Positions 50,921-62,609 of a stretch of 64,000 nt of DNA are shown in pieces. The notes under the pieces are model-generated. The model had not been told where the DNA came from. It did no database searches and was given only the letters and a program-made list of their open reading frames with translations. Numbering within the stretch: the stretch's first letter is position 1; the number at the start of each line of letters is the position of its first letter. A program made the position numbers and the translations under genes. The stretch is from Utricularia gibba (taxonomy: Eukaryota > Plantae > Magnoliophyta): contig NEEC01000002.1 in the NCBI GenBank assembly GCA_002189035.1, forward strand, positions 4,030,001 through 4,094,000. Direction: 5' to 3'.

Positions 50921-53108
50921 GAGTTATCTCCCTACTTCGAATACGTCTTTAGCTGGTCGTTTCTATGCTTTCAAGGCATAGCCGGATCGGCTTCAGGCAC
51001 GTTTACTGTTCCAATATTCGGCAGCATGCTCTTTATTTAGAGCTTCTTCGGTGTTTTATACGAATGGCATTTAGGAGGGACTGGTACCTAAGTTTTGTTA
51101 GGGCTGGCCCTTGTTATCAGTGTCTGGGTTTTGGGGGGTCTTGTATTTCGAGGGGGGTCCCGATTTGTTGTGGCCAGGGCGGGTTTAAACTTGGGGGGCT
51201 TACTAGGGCCCACGTGACCTGGAGATCGTGCGGGACCTCTTTTTGCCGAAATCTCCTTGTTTTGAGCATGAGCGGACTTACTTTGGGCACTCTCGTCGTC
51301 TCGAGATTCGGCAATAAGATTTGAACCTAAGCGCTTTTTCGGGCTTATGCAAACGGTTGCAAGGGAAACTGATATCTGATCTATACTAGGGCTTATCCAT
51401 ATCATTGAAGGCCAGGCTTGTAGATCACATGTTTAGGAGAGAGCCCCGAGTCGGTTTGTGTTGCTCATAACGAGGCTTAGATTTGGAGGGTTCGTCAAGG
51501 CTTTGGTGACCCGGGGTATAGGTGTCTTTTTACGAACCCTTTGGTTGGGCTTTTGTATTTTGGATTGCCTTAGTATTTCCTTACACGATCTGAACTGCTG
51601 CTAGGGAAGTAGACCAAGACCCCTCATGGGTTGAGTGACTTCCCCAATCCGATTGGGCCTCTTCTGGCCGAAATCCCATTGTTTTGAACATGTGTAGATT
51701 TGCTTTGGGTGCTCTTGCCGTCTCGAGGTTCGGCAGTAAGGTTTGAACTTAAGGGCTTTTTCGGGGCTTATGTGGACGGTTTTTAGGAAACCGGTGCCCA
51801 AGTGGTACTAGGGCTTATCCTTATCACTGGGGCCTGGGTTTTGAGGATTTTACATTTTGGGGGGATCCCGAGTTGATCTATTGTTCCCGACAGGGGCGCT
51901 GATTTAGAAGGTTTGCCTGGGCTTACATGACTTGGCCAAGGCTTATGGTTTAGATTTAGAGAGTTTGCCTGGGCTTATGCGATTCGGCCAAAGCTTATGA
52001 TCTTGCTAACCCATCTCCGCTTTTGAGGAATTTATAACCATCCATGTGTTTGGCAAAGAAAATACCGAACCTAGAGTGTACTTGTGATGGGGATGGGCCA
52101 GCCAAGCCTTCCCAGTTGCGATCTAGTTTTCCCACATGCCTTTATGGTTGAGTGCTCCGGAGAACCAAGTCTCCTTCTGAAGATTTCCTTAGGGATACGA
52201 ACCTATTGCAACTCCTTTTTGTTCCTCTCTGATAAGCCCCTAGTCGGTTGTAAATCCCCTGTCGTTTTTCCTCGCATAACTCCGACTCCGGCTTTTGCAA
52301 GTCAGCGTTATTGCATCTCTGATAAGCGCGTTGGAATTCAACCCCGATGGTGCCCTAAGGTTGGAGAGGATTTCCATTAGACGGGGCCTTCAGCTGTTCC
52401 CCGCGAGTGATCATAAGGCCAAGGTCTTGTACGTCAGTGCTTCCGTCCTGAGCCGGGTTGGTGGTTGTGCTATTTTTCGCCATGGTCGATGCTTAGTGAG
52501 TGGCTCTTGTGGATTTCTCGAGAGGGGCAATAGATCGGCCCCACGGTGGGTGCCAAAGATTTTGCGGATGAAAATCGGTCTAAAGGATTGGGTCGATTTT
52601 CAGGCTCCGGAAGTGATCAGAAATGCAACTTCCTTTTATACTTCTTTCCATGATCCATTCGGCTTGACCAGGTGAAATGACTTTAGGCTAAGATTTTTTA
52701 CTTGGAAACCACAGTGAGGTGGAAAAACCACGGAGCTGTCGGAGCTCGCCGGAGAAGACTTCTACTAGATGGAGGTGATCGAAAAAGCGATACAAGTTTT
52801 TTTTTTATGAGTATTAGGATTGCACCCCTCTTTCTTCGGGACCTCTCCTATTTATCAAGGAGGCCGATCTAGCCGAATCGCCCCTTTCTGCAGGTGTCAA
52901 TTACTTTTTGTACTTGCACTATGACCTTACTTTTCAGATGATCGCCGCCCGTTCTGCTATGGTTCGGCCACTTTTCAGACTACGCCATATGACTACCGCT
53001 ATCAGATCTCTGACACATATCGGTCTGTCGGTAGGCACTGTCTCCTCAGAGCTCCTTTCGGCAGTCTTTTCAGAGACCGATTATCTTCGACCGATTTGTA
53101 CCCCATTA
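50921..53108 (-). mobile_element. Tat/Retand-like Gypsy deletion derivative (LTR-like ~53108-52700, integrase C-terminal remnant ~52310-52050, repeat-rich 3' region)
   Basis: GC-richer block. The minus strand begins T(A)ATGGGGTAC and carries a TATA-like GATAAATAGG. It translates ELCEEKRQGIYNRLGAYQR...EGDLVLRSTQP*RHVGKLDRNWEG, the Tat integrase tail pattern. Confidence 0.65.
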
Positions 53109-53399
53109 ATTGCATAAATTATGCCAAAAAGAATTTATGATATCTCACAAAGTGTTAATGCATATAACGCATAAAAATAAGTGTTAACATTTCTCCTAAC
53201 TATACATTAAAAGATTTACTTTTGGCCTTGCCTACTTTGCTAGAATCAGGGAACCTTTGATGAAACTTGGGTTCCATTGGAGGACATATCCAAAAGAAAC
53301 TTGTCTGTCATTCCTCAAATCCTTTTCTCACCTCTTTCACCAGCACCAAACCTTATTTCGCCTTTAGTGTATAGTGGTTCGTGTCGTGAGTCTTTCAGC

Positions 53400-53660
53400 A
53401 TACACACTTACAACAAAAAAATACCAAAGCTCCACTTCAAGAGACAACTCCTCACAAGTACTCACAAAGGAATTTCTAAACATTCGAATATCTCTTTTAA
53501 AAATAGCAATAATGGCACACGCAAACTACAACAAAAATGCTTTGCGCTCAATGCAAATCCCATCGGACCTACATGGGCTGGGAGTTCATTCTCAATAACC
53601 TCATCGGGTATCAAGAATCTAGTTCTCAATTTTTCACTAGTTTGTATATACAAACACCCA
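53400..53660 (-). pseudogene. Remnant of a Gypsy accessory ORF (Transposase_28-like)
   Basis: EKLRTRFLIPDEVI...HFCCSLRVPLLLFLKEIFECLEIPL*, resembling the LR.RF.IP...GLR.PL..F pattern. Stops follow. Confidence 0.5.
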
Positions 53661-54099
53661 TAAGTATTGTGTAAAAAATCAGACTACAATAATTCCACAA
53701 GGTATTTCAATTTGGAAAATAGATCAGCAACCCACTATGAAAAATAAATCACTTACCTTGTTTAATTTACTCAATATTCAAAGTAGGCGGTGTGGGGTGC
53801 CTGGTCGCTTTCGGTTTGAGGGGAGTAGTAAGAAAATTTCTTACCAGAGGGTGGCAACTAGGTTTATTTTCAGACACAATATGGGGACCATGAGTGGGAG
53901 ACGTGTAACGTTTTCTATGGGTATGCAGGAAATCAATTTTAAAATCATAGGAAAATCATTATGCACAATCATTACATTAAATTGTCACATTTTTGGAGAT
54001 AGGTCCTGTTGTTTTCAGGTGGGAAGAGTCGCTCGATTCTAATTAGTGAACCTAGAGTGTCATCCCTTATTTCTAGTGATTTGGAGTGGATTGGAGATC

Positions 54100-55400
54100 A
54101 TATATTGTCGATAATTAGCCAAATTTTGAGGCACCCAAATTTGATATTGTGGGTGATGGAAATGTGAAATTGTTAACTTGAGGCACCCATATGCTTTGTT
54201 GCACGTGTCTGCGAATATTTTACATTTTTATATGGAAATTATTATACATATGGTGTGTTGAGTATATATGTACCATATGTATACATTCTATGAAAATTCA
54301 TTGTCTTTCAAACACATATTTGCAAATAAAATTATTAAATATAATCTAAATATTCAAATATATATTAAATCACACGTTAAATAGATTATAAAATAAAAGG
54401 AGTATAAGTAAGAAATGTTCATCTTTTGTTGGGACCCACAATGCATTGTGTGGGTGTTTAGGAAGTGTGTGTTAAACCATTTTTCTAACACCCACTTCTC
54501 TCGTGTGAGTGTCTGGGAAGGGTATTTGAGACCACTTCTGAGGCACTGACATCTGATTGTGTGGGTGTATAGAGAGGGTGTTTGAGAGTTGAGACCACTT
54601 CTAAGGCAACGACATCTAATTGTGTGGGTGTCTGGTAAAGATGTGTGGAAACACTGCTATGAAAATACAGCATGTCTTCCAATCATCTTTAACTCCTTAG
54701 TGGGTGCCTGAAGACACTTGTTTGAATTATACAATCTTAGTTAAAAGTATGAATAAAACATTCCATTACAAAGTATTATTATTTTATGGAGTACACAATG
54801 TTTCGGAATCAGGAGTCTTCAACTTCATCTTCACTCGAAATTGAGGACAGCATTTGATTTCTTTTGATTGACTCCAGCCAATACTTTAGACAAATGCATG
54901 CCTCCAAGATCATTGCATTCAATTTGGAAGCCTTGTGATTATGAACTCGTCCCCCTGCACTAAAAGCACTCTCGGATGCCACTGTAAATATGGAACTTGT
55001 TAGAAGATCTTTGGCCATTCTAGCTAAGATGGGATAAGTAGTAGAATTTGTCTTCCACCAACCCAATATATCAAAGTTGTCATCATCAAAATACTCAACA
55101 ATTGGAGCATTATTGTACAGTGTAATTTCATCAACAGAATTTAATGAACATAATGAAGAAGATGACACAAAATGAGCTATATTTCTCACGAATAATGTCT
55201 ATTGACTTGCGACTGCCAAACATCGAATTATTACATGTTTTAGGAATAGAAACACTAAGATTGCTATATCTCGAAGCATAAAGGGAATATATAGCACATA
55301 TAACATTATTGCATCATGATAGCACACAAAGTTTCTTGTTTTATAACAATAAAATTGTGACTTATTATGTTTTAGTTGTTTATTTATAGTTTCAAATGTT
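54100..55400 (-). mobile_element. hAT transposon 3' remnant with C-terminal dimerisation domain (54809-55189) and subterminal repeats
   Basis: FDILGWWKTNSTTYPILARMAKDLLTSSIFTVASESAFSAGGRV...LEACICLKYW matches Dimer_Tnp_hAT. GGGTGTC/GGCACCC repeats and a 2x ~70-bp duplication at 54520-54650. Confidence 0.82.
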
Positions 55401-56599
55401 TTCCAAAAATTTTTGAGAACATATTAATTTTGTGTACAAATGGACTACCTTCGATTTAGCCCATCCCATGTGATAAACCCTATTTGAGTCTAGCAGTAGG
55501 TTTCAAAAATCAAGGGAGACTAATATGGATTTCGTGCAAGCATCTGGTTGCAGAAGAAAAAGCAGCGTAAATGAAGGAACACTAAGTGCACTATCATAGT
55601 AGTAGACGGCAAGTTAGGGGTAGGAGTAGTAGTACTGTTAGAGAATCATACTTGCTTAGGAAATGTAAGAGGAGAAGATATTTTGGAGGAGAGAGAAGAA
55701 AAAAAAGGGGGAGAGCTTCATCAACGATTGGGGAGGAAGCTCCAAAAACACGAAGTAGATACCAGAAAGAGGACAAAACTGATTTTTTCAGAAGGATGCC
55801 AAAAACGAGAAGAAGAAGCTCAACAGTAGCAGACGGAAAAAGAACACTTTATTTGCTTAGTTTGTTGAACATTTTACTTTCATTGGCTGTTTGTTTGATA
55901 GTCTTGGGGATATTTCCTTCAGTTTGTGACTATGAAATCTTGACTTAAGATGTAGAATGGTAATGTGGGGGTAGGGTTTATAATATAATTGGTTGTTGTT
56001 TCTTAGCATTTGTTTCTATCCTTCATTGGGAAGACCTAAGGGGGAGGGGGAGGGGGGGGGGGGGACAAGTAGGTTCATAACTCAAATGCTTGATTTAGAG
56101 GTAGATCAACAAATCAAGACGGGGACAGTAAGTATTAGTGCAAGGTAGAATGAGTAGAATCGAGTATACCTAGTTCTATATACCATGCATGCAGGTAGAC
56201 CTAATTGCAAAGTTGGTGATGATATTGGGAACAACTTAGCCGAAAACATGATGAATCACTTGGGTAGACTTTGTTTGTTTAGAGTTGTGAGTATGTAAAC
56301 TCTCTAAATTAAATTATGGACCCTAGTACCACATTAAGCTCAAAATCAAGACAATGCTGGAGGCAATTGTGGAAATTCTTTAAAAGAAATGTTGAAGGCA
56401 TTCATGATACAATCAATTAAAAATCAAGCAGAAAATCAACAACCCATTTGAAAATTTGAGATTCAAGTGAGCCAGCTAGCAACGTAGCTTGAGGAGCTAA
56501 AACATAAGGGAGTTTACCAGCTTAACCCAAGCCATATAAAAATTACAATGAACGGCCAAACATCAGCACCATGATGCTTAGAAGTGGAAAATCAAGGCT

Positions 56600-57448
56600 G
56601 TAATAATGGATTTATTAATTAACTCTTAATTAATCAAATCCATCATTATCGATCATGAGTGATGTCTAGCAACATATCATGATCCCCAAGATTATAGAAT
56701 AATCAGGTTAACTGATTGAGCCTTTCCATGACCAGCCACCATGCAATCAACAACTTTCATCATACTTATATCTCATTCGATACCAGAACATGGGTGTGTG
56801 TCTTTCTGATGTATCAAACTTATAATTGCATTCAAGCACTAACACTCAATGACCTACTCAAACAATTCGAGTGTCATTACCCTGGGCCTAGGACTTACGG
56901 TTAGGCTTTGATGCAATTACTTGAGATATGATCTCATCGCTAATATGAGTGATGAATCCTTTATTGATCAATTAACTATCTCCAACCTTAAAGAGTCACA
57001 TCCCTACTCATCCATATTAGGCAAGTCATGGTTAGGCTCCCATTATATTCGAGATCTTGCTATTGATACTTGGTTAGCTTCCCATAGTAGCATCTTGAAG
57101 ATGAGTCATCCAGTGAATCAATTCTCTAATCAACACCCGCACATAAGTACTAGTAATCTCATTACATCAATTGTGACAACCATTGCCTAAATAGTTTAGG
57201 GAACTCAATGTGTGCCAGTTTATCCATATTTGTGATATCCTCATTTCACAAATATTCTAGCCAGGGAGTTTTTAGCTTGAACATAAATGCTTTTAGAATC
57301 TCACATTATGATCTCATCATAATTTCTATAGTACATAGATCAAGTAGAGGATTTTATCAATGATGTAAACTTGCTCACAATTCAAGGTAAACATCAAAGG
57401 ATAAGATTTGCCAATGAATTGATTGTCTCTAGAACGCATACACCAATA
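56600..57448 (-). mobile_element. Partial Angela-like LTR inserted in the Athila element
   Basis: Reverse complement of the first ~930 bp of the 46075 LTR with one internal deletion; the other end is truncated. Confidence 0.88.
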
Positions 57449-60400
57449 CTGGTCCAGATTAAGACTAAGGAGAAAAAAGCAGAGGAGAGCGAAGTTGCTC
57501 TTTAAGGCGAAGACGAAGTGGAAGTTCTTCCAAAACCTATCATAGTGAAGGTGACCCAGCCTCCTTTTCCAGCAAGGCTGAAGTTGAGAGAAGAGTAAAA
57601 CGAGAAGGAGAAAATGTTAAAAGCTTTTTGAAACAATCAATTGAATTTTACTCTCTTGGAGTATATTAGTCTTGTGTCGAAGAGTGTTAAATATTTGAAG
57701 CAACTATGTATGTCCAAACTCAAGTTGAAAGAGAAGGGGAAGCTGAAATTGAGTGAAAGTTGCTCAGCACTTTTAACATGGAAATTACCCAAGAAGTGCA
57801 AGGATCCGGGTATGTTATTTATTTCCGTGTAAAATAGGAGATTTGTGCATCAAGAAAGCTATGGCAAACCTAGGAGCTTCTGTAAAAGTCATGTAGAATT
57901 TTGTTTATAAGGCTCTTAGGTTGGGACCTCTGCAAGCATCGGGTGCTCAAATTGAGCTAACGGATAGGAGAGTGATTTCTCCCAAAGGCTTGGTGGAGGA
58001 TGTTTAGGTGAAAATTGAGCACTTGATTTTCCCAGCTCATTTTTATATGGTGAATATGCCCGCTGGAAGATCAAAGGACACAACCATTATCTTGGTCATA
58101 TCATTTTTTAGTACTTAAAATGATATCATCAACATAAAGATGAGGACCATTGAGCTCTCTTTTGATGAAGACAGAATCACACTTGACATGAAGGATGTGA
58201 AGAATTATCCTAATGATTTTGAGAGCATTTGTGCAGTAGATGTGATGGATGGACTCATTGAGGAGCACTTGGAGAAAAAAATTCAAGAAAAGGAAGAGGC
58301 TCATGAAGAATCTCTACTTGCAAAATTGGAAGTTGAGGAAAAAATTGAGCAACTTAATGTGGTGCAAGGCAAGACTCAGGAAGAGAAGTTGGCTGAATTG
58401 AAACCATCTCCTACTCATTTAAAAAAAAATTTTCTCGACGCAAAGTTCAAGAACCCTATTATCATCTCCACTAGTTTGAGCTTGGACCAAGAGTCACTAC
58501 CACTCGAGGTGTTTAACAGAAAACAAAAAGATAGTAGGCTGGATGCTTTATGACATTGAAGGATCTGTCCATCCATATGCATGCACAAAATTTTCCTAAA
58601 GGATGGTGCAAAACCAGTTCATCAGCCTCAAAGATGCCTCAACCCAAACATGATGGAGGTGGTAAGAAAAGATATTGTTAAAATTCATGATGCATGGATT
58701 ATCTACTTTATCACATATAGTGAATGGGTGTGCCCAATCCACATTGTGCCAAAGAAGACTAGGATAGGCGTGGTGGAAAATGAGAGAGGAGAAATCATTT
58801 TATTTTTTTTAGATGAATATTCTGTATATAATCAGGTTCTTATTTCAAGACAAGACCAAGATAAGACAACCTTCATGCTTAGATCATTTGGATCTAGTTT
58901 TGAAGAAATGAGTGGAAAAGAATCTAGTTTTAAATTCTGAAAAATGTCATTTTATGATGGATCATGGAATTGTTTTAGGACATGTGATTTCTAAAAAAGT
59001 AATTGAAGTAGATAAGGCAAAAATAGAGATTATGTCTGAACTTCTTTACCCTATTGATGTGAAAGGAGTTAGATCATTTCTTGGGCATGTTGGTTTTTAT
59101 AGGAGGTCCATTAAGAATTTTTCGAAAATTACTTTTCCTCTTAGTAGGTTGTTGCATAATGATGTGGCCTTTAATTTTGATGATTCATGCAAGCAAGCAT
59201 TTAATTCTTTGAAAAAGACTGTTACTACCGCACCTATGATGCAACCACCTTATTCAAGGTATGATTTTGAGATCATGTGTGATGCAATTAATCATGTTGT
59301 GGGTGCTGTTTTGGAATAGAAAATTGAAGGGAAGCACCATGTTATCTCTTATGCTTCAAAAACCTTGGATGAAGCCCAGAAAAATTATACCATCACTGAA
59401 AGAGAATTTCTTGCTATTATTTTTTCCTTGGAAAAATTTCGTTTAATCTTTTAGGTAGCAAAGTGGTGGTATACACTGATCATTCGACGGTGAAGCATTT
59501 GATGGAGAAAAAGCATTCCAAACCAAGACTTATCAGATGGGTCCTTAGAGTTCAAGAGTTTGATGTTGAGATAAAAGATAGGAAGGGAGAACCTCGTGGT
59601 TGATCATCTCAGCAGGATTGAAGGAAGTGTAGAGGATAGAATCATCACTGAGATGTTTCTAGATGAACAACTAGTCTCAATTCGGACTACTATACGTGAA
59701 TCCTAGTTTGCTGATCTTATGAACCTTGCTTCCACAGGGGGTGATGCCCCTTGAAATAGACTACATGAGAGGAACAAGTTAAAGAGTGATGCTAAATACT
59801 ACATATGGGATGATCCATATTTATGGAAGAAATGCAACGATAGTGTCACTTGAAGGTGCATTCATGAAAATGAAATTCCTAAAATCTTTGATTCTTGTCA
59901 TGCAGGACCTTTTGGTGGCCATCATGGACCAAATCGAACAGGCATGAAAATTCTGGATTGCGGGTTCTATTGGCCTCACATTTTCAGAGATTGTTACACT
60001 TATTGCAAAGGTTGTGAACCATGTCAAAGAGTAGGAAAATTTTCAAACAGAAAAAAAATGCCTCAGCAATGAAATTTATTTGATGTGTAAGGTATAGATT
60101 TTATTGGACCATTTCCTACTTCAGTAGGCTACAACTACATTTTGGTTGCGGTTGATTATGTATGCATATGGATTGAGGCAATTCCTACACGAATTGATGA
60201 TGCAAAGATTGTGATTAATTTCTTGTGCAACAACATGTTAACGAGATATGGAACTCCTAGGGTCCTGATCAGTGATAGGGGAACCCATTTTTACAACCAG
60301 GCCTTAAGAAGTGTTTTAAAGTAATTTAATGTTTGTTACAAGCATTCTACAACATACCATATACAAACCAACGTACAAATTGAAGTCTCCAATGGAGAAA

Positions 60401-60668
60401 TCAAATAAATCCTGGAGAAAGTTGTGAACCCAATCAGGAAGGACTAGAGCATGAGGTTAAAGGACGCACTTTGAGCTATACAGATAGCATACAAGACCCC
60501 CATTAGAACCTCTCCATTTCGGTTGGTCTATGGAAGCCTTGTAGACTACCTGCAGTGCTTGAGTACAAAGCCTAGTGGGCTGTGAAGAAGTTGAACTTGG
60601 ATAGGAACCTTAGTGCAAGTCACAAGAAGCTTCAACTTTAAGAACCGTAGGAGTTGAGGAATGATGTG

Positions 60669-61437
60669 TGATAAGTGATTTTGTGTCACTTATATTTGTG
60701 CTTTCTAAGACTCACTTAGATGGGTTTTGCATTCTTTTTATCCCACATTCCCTATGTTTTAGAAGAATTTTATATCTTTCATACCACTTTGATCTTTTTG
60801 GAGAGAAAGTGTGTTTTGTGATTTTTTAGGACGAATTTGGATTAATTTGGAGGATTTTCGAGTTGGCCTTGATGGAGGCCAAGATTTGGTCTAACCGGAT
60901 GAAGACTCGGTCAAAGATTCTTGGAAAAGATAAGATTCGCATCTTATCTTGGAAAATTTGGATCTTATCCTAGAAGATTTGTATCAAATCTTAGAAGATC
61001 CGGATAGAAGATTTGATCTGAGGTCATCAAGAAAGCCCGACAAGTCTCCACCATTATATAAAGATCCAAACGCGAAGATCAAAGGAGAGAAGTCAAGGTG
61101 GACAACCAGAGAGTCGATTTAGGGTTTACAGTCGAGTCCAGCATGTTTGGGATGTCTTTTCTTTCGTTTTTCATCAACTTTTGTTGTTTAGAGTCAAGCA
61201 TGCGCATGTGAGCACTTGTGGACAGGTCAGTATTCAAGGTTTATACACACAAGTTTGGGCGAGTTTTAAGCAAGGTGAATCCTGGATCCAAGGCCAATTT
61301 TCTTATTATTTTTAAACCCAAATCTTCCTTGTGTTTTCAGTCTTTGTTTGAAAAGAAAATTCCAATAACAATTCCCTGTGGATACGATCTTATTTTCTTA
61401 CTTCGACGGTTTCTATGTACTTGCCGAATTACCATCA
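60669..61437 (+). mobile_element. Solo LTR (family B, internally deleted, 769 bp) inside the Athila integrase
   Basis: TGATAAG...ACCATCA with perfect TSD ATGTG. Removing it restores ELRNDV*ESSKLFKARTNSYHD of the integrase tail. Confidence 0.92.
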
Positions 61438-62609
61438 ATGTGTAGGAGAGCTCAAAACTATTCAAGGCTAGGACTAACAGTTATCATGACACGAATATCT
61501 GCAAAAGAGTTTTCGAAATTTTCCAGAAAGTCTTATTGTTTCAATCTAGGCTAAAATCGCATCATAGGAAGTTGAAATCAAGATGGATAGGCCCTTTTGT
61601 TGTGAAGGAAATTTTTCCAAATAGTGCTATGGAGATATTTGATGGAGATGCCAACAAAGGGTTTTTGGTAAATGGGAATTGGTTGAAAATCTATTATGAG
61701 AATGTCAATAACGTGTTCACTGAAAATTTGAGGATGATCAAGCTGATGGATGTACGAGAAACATAGCCATATGAGAAGTTGGGTCCAAGACTATAAACAA
61801 GGGTGCTTGTGGGAGGCAATCCATGGCTAAGTCTTCAATTTCAGCAAATTTCTATTTTAGTATAGTTTTTTTTCGGACTTTTATCCGTATTTTGTGATGC
61901 TGGGAAATGATTATTAGGTGTTAAGAGGAGTTATTGATGGGGCTTTACAAAAATCAGACCATTGAGATGAGAGGGAAGTTGTACTAGAAGGAATGATGGA
62001 AATACCCTTAACGTTTGAAAGTACTTAGAGAAACGATTTTCTTCTTTTTTATTTTACCATTTCTTTTGTGATTTTTCTAAAAAAATTTACAGCAATAGAA
62101 ACAGTATGCCAGCAAGATCTAGGTCAAATAAGACCGCAAAGGAGAATCCCAACTGAAAGAAAGCACAAAAGTAGAAGGCAAAGGAAGGTATTGGGGATGG
62201 TGAAGCCACTACCACTGTTGCTCCAACCCAAGAAGAAGTCATTCCGCCTACTGCTACCACTGTAGAGGATGTTCGAGGAGCAGATGTGATTCCTCAGGCG
62301 GCGGAGATCGGGGAACCCTCTAAGAGAAAAAAAACGAAAGGACACACTCTCCGATTTAGAGCATACTAGCCTCATGCAACAATTGAGGGACATGCAGCAT
62401 AGTCACAAGAATTGAAAGGCACCAGTGGAAGAACCACCCATAGAGCCGCAGGTCTTACCTAAGAAGAAGGGGAGGAAGCATGGGACGAAAAAGCAAAAGG
62501 CCCCGCTAGAGGAACCTATGTCTAAAAAAGAAACAGCCACACTGGAAGAACAAGCAGTACCAACAGCGGAAGAAAATGCTGGAAATTCTCGGCAAGAAGA
62601 AGTGGTAGC

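Larger units (their letters stand above)
55900..62609 (+). mobile_element. Degenerate Athila-like Gypsy element (LTR-C-like fragment, gag linker, pol remnant ~57450-61766, 3' accessory ORF), with nested insertions
   Basis: FEIQVSQLA, LRSGK, KLPKKCKDPG, PVHQPQRCLNPNMMEVVRK, WVCPIHIVPKKT, FLGHVGFYRRSIKNFSKI, FEIMCDAINHVVGAVL, ILDCGFYWP, VAVDYVCIWIEAIP, LISDRGTHF, KLKSRWIGPFVV. Many stops and frameshifts. The conserved post-pol block GACTATAAACAAG...TGGGAGGCAATCC is present. Confidence 0.88.
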
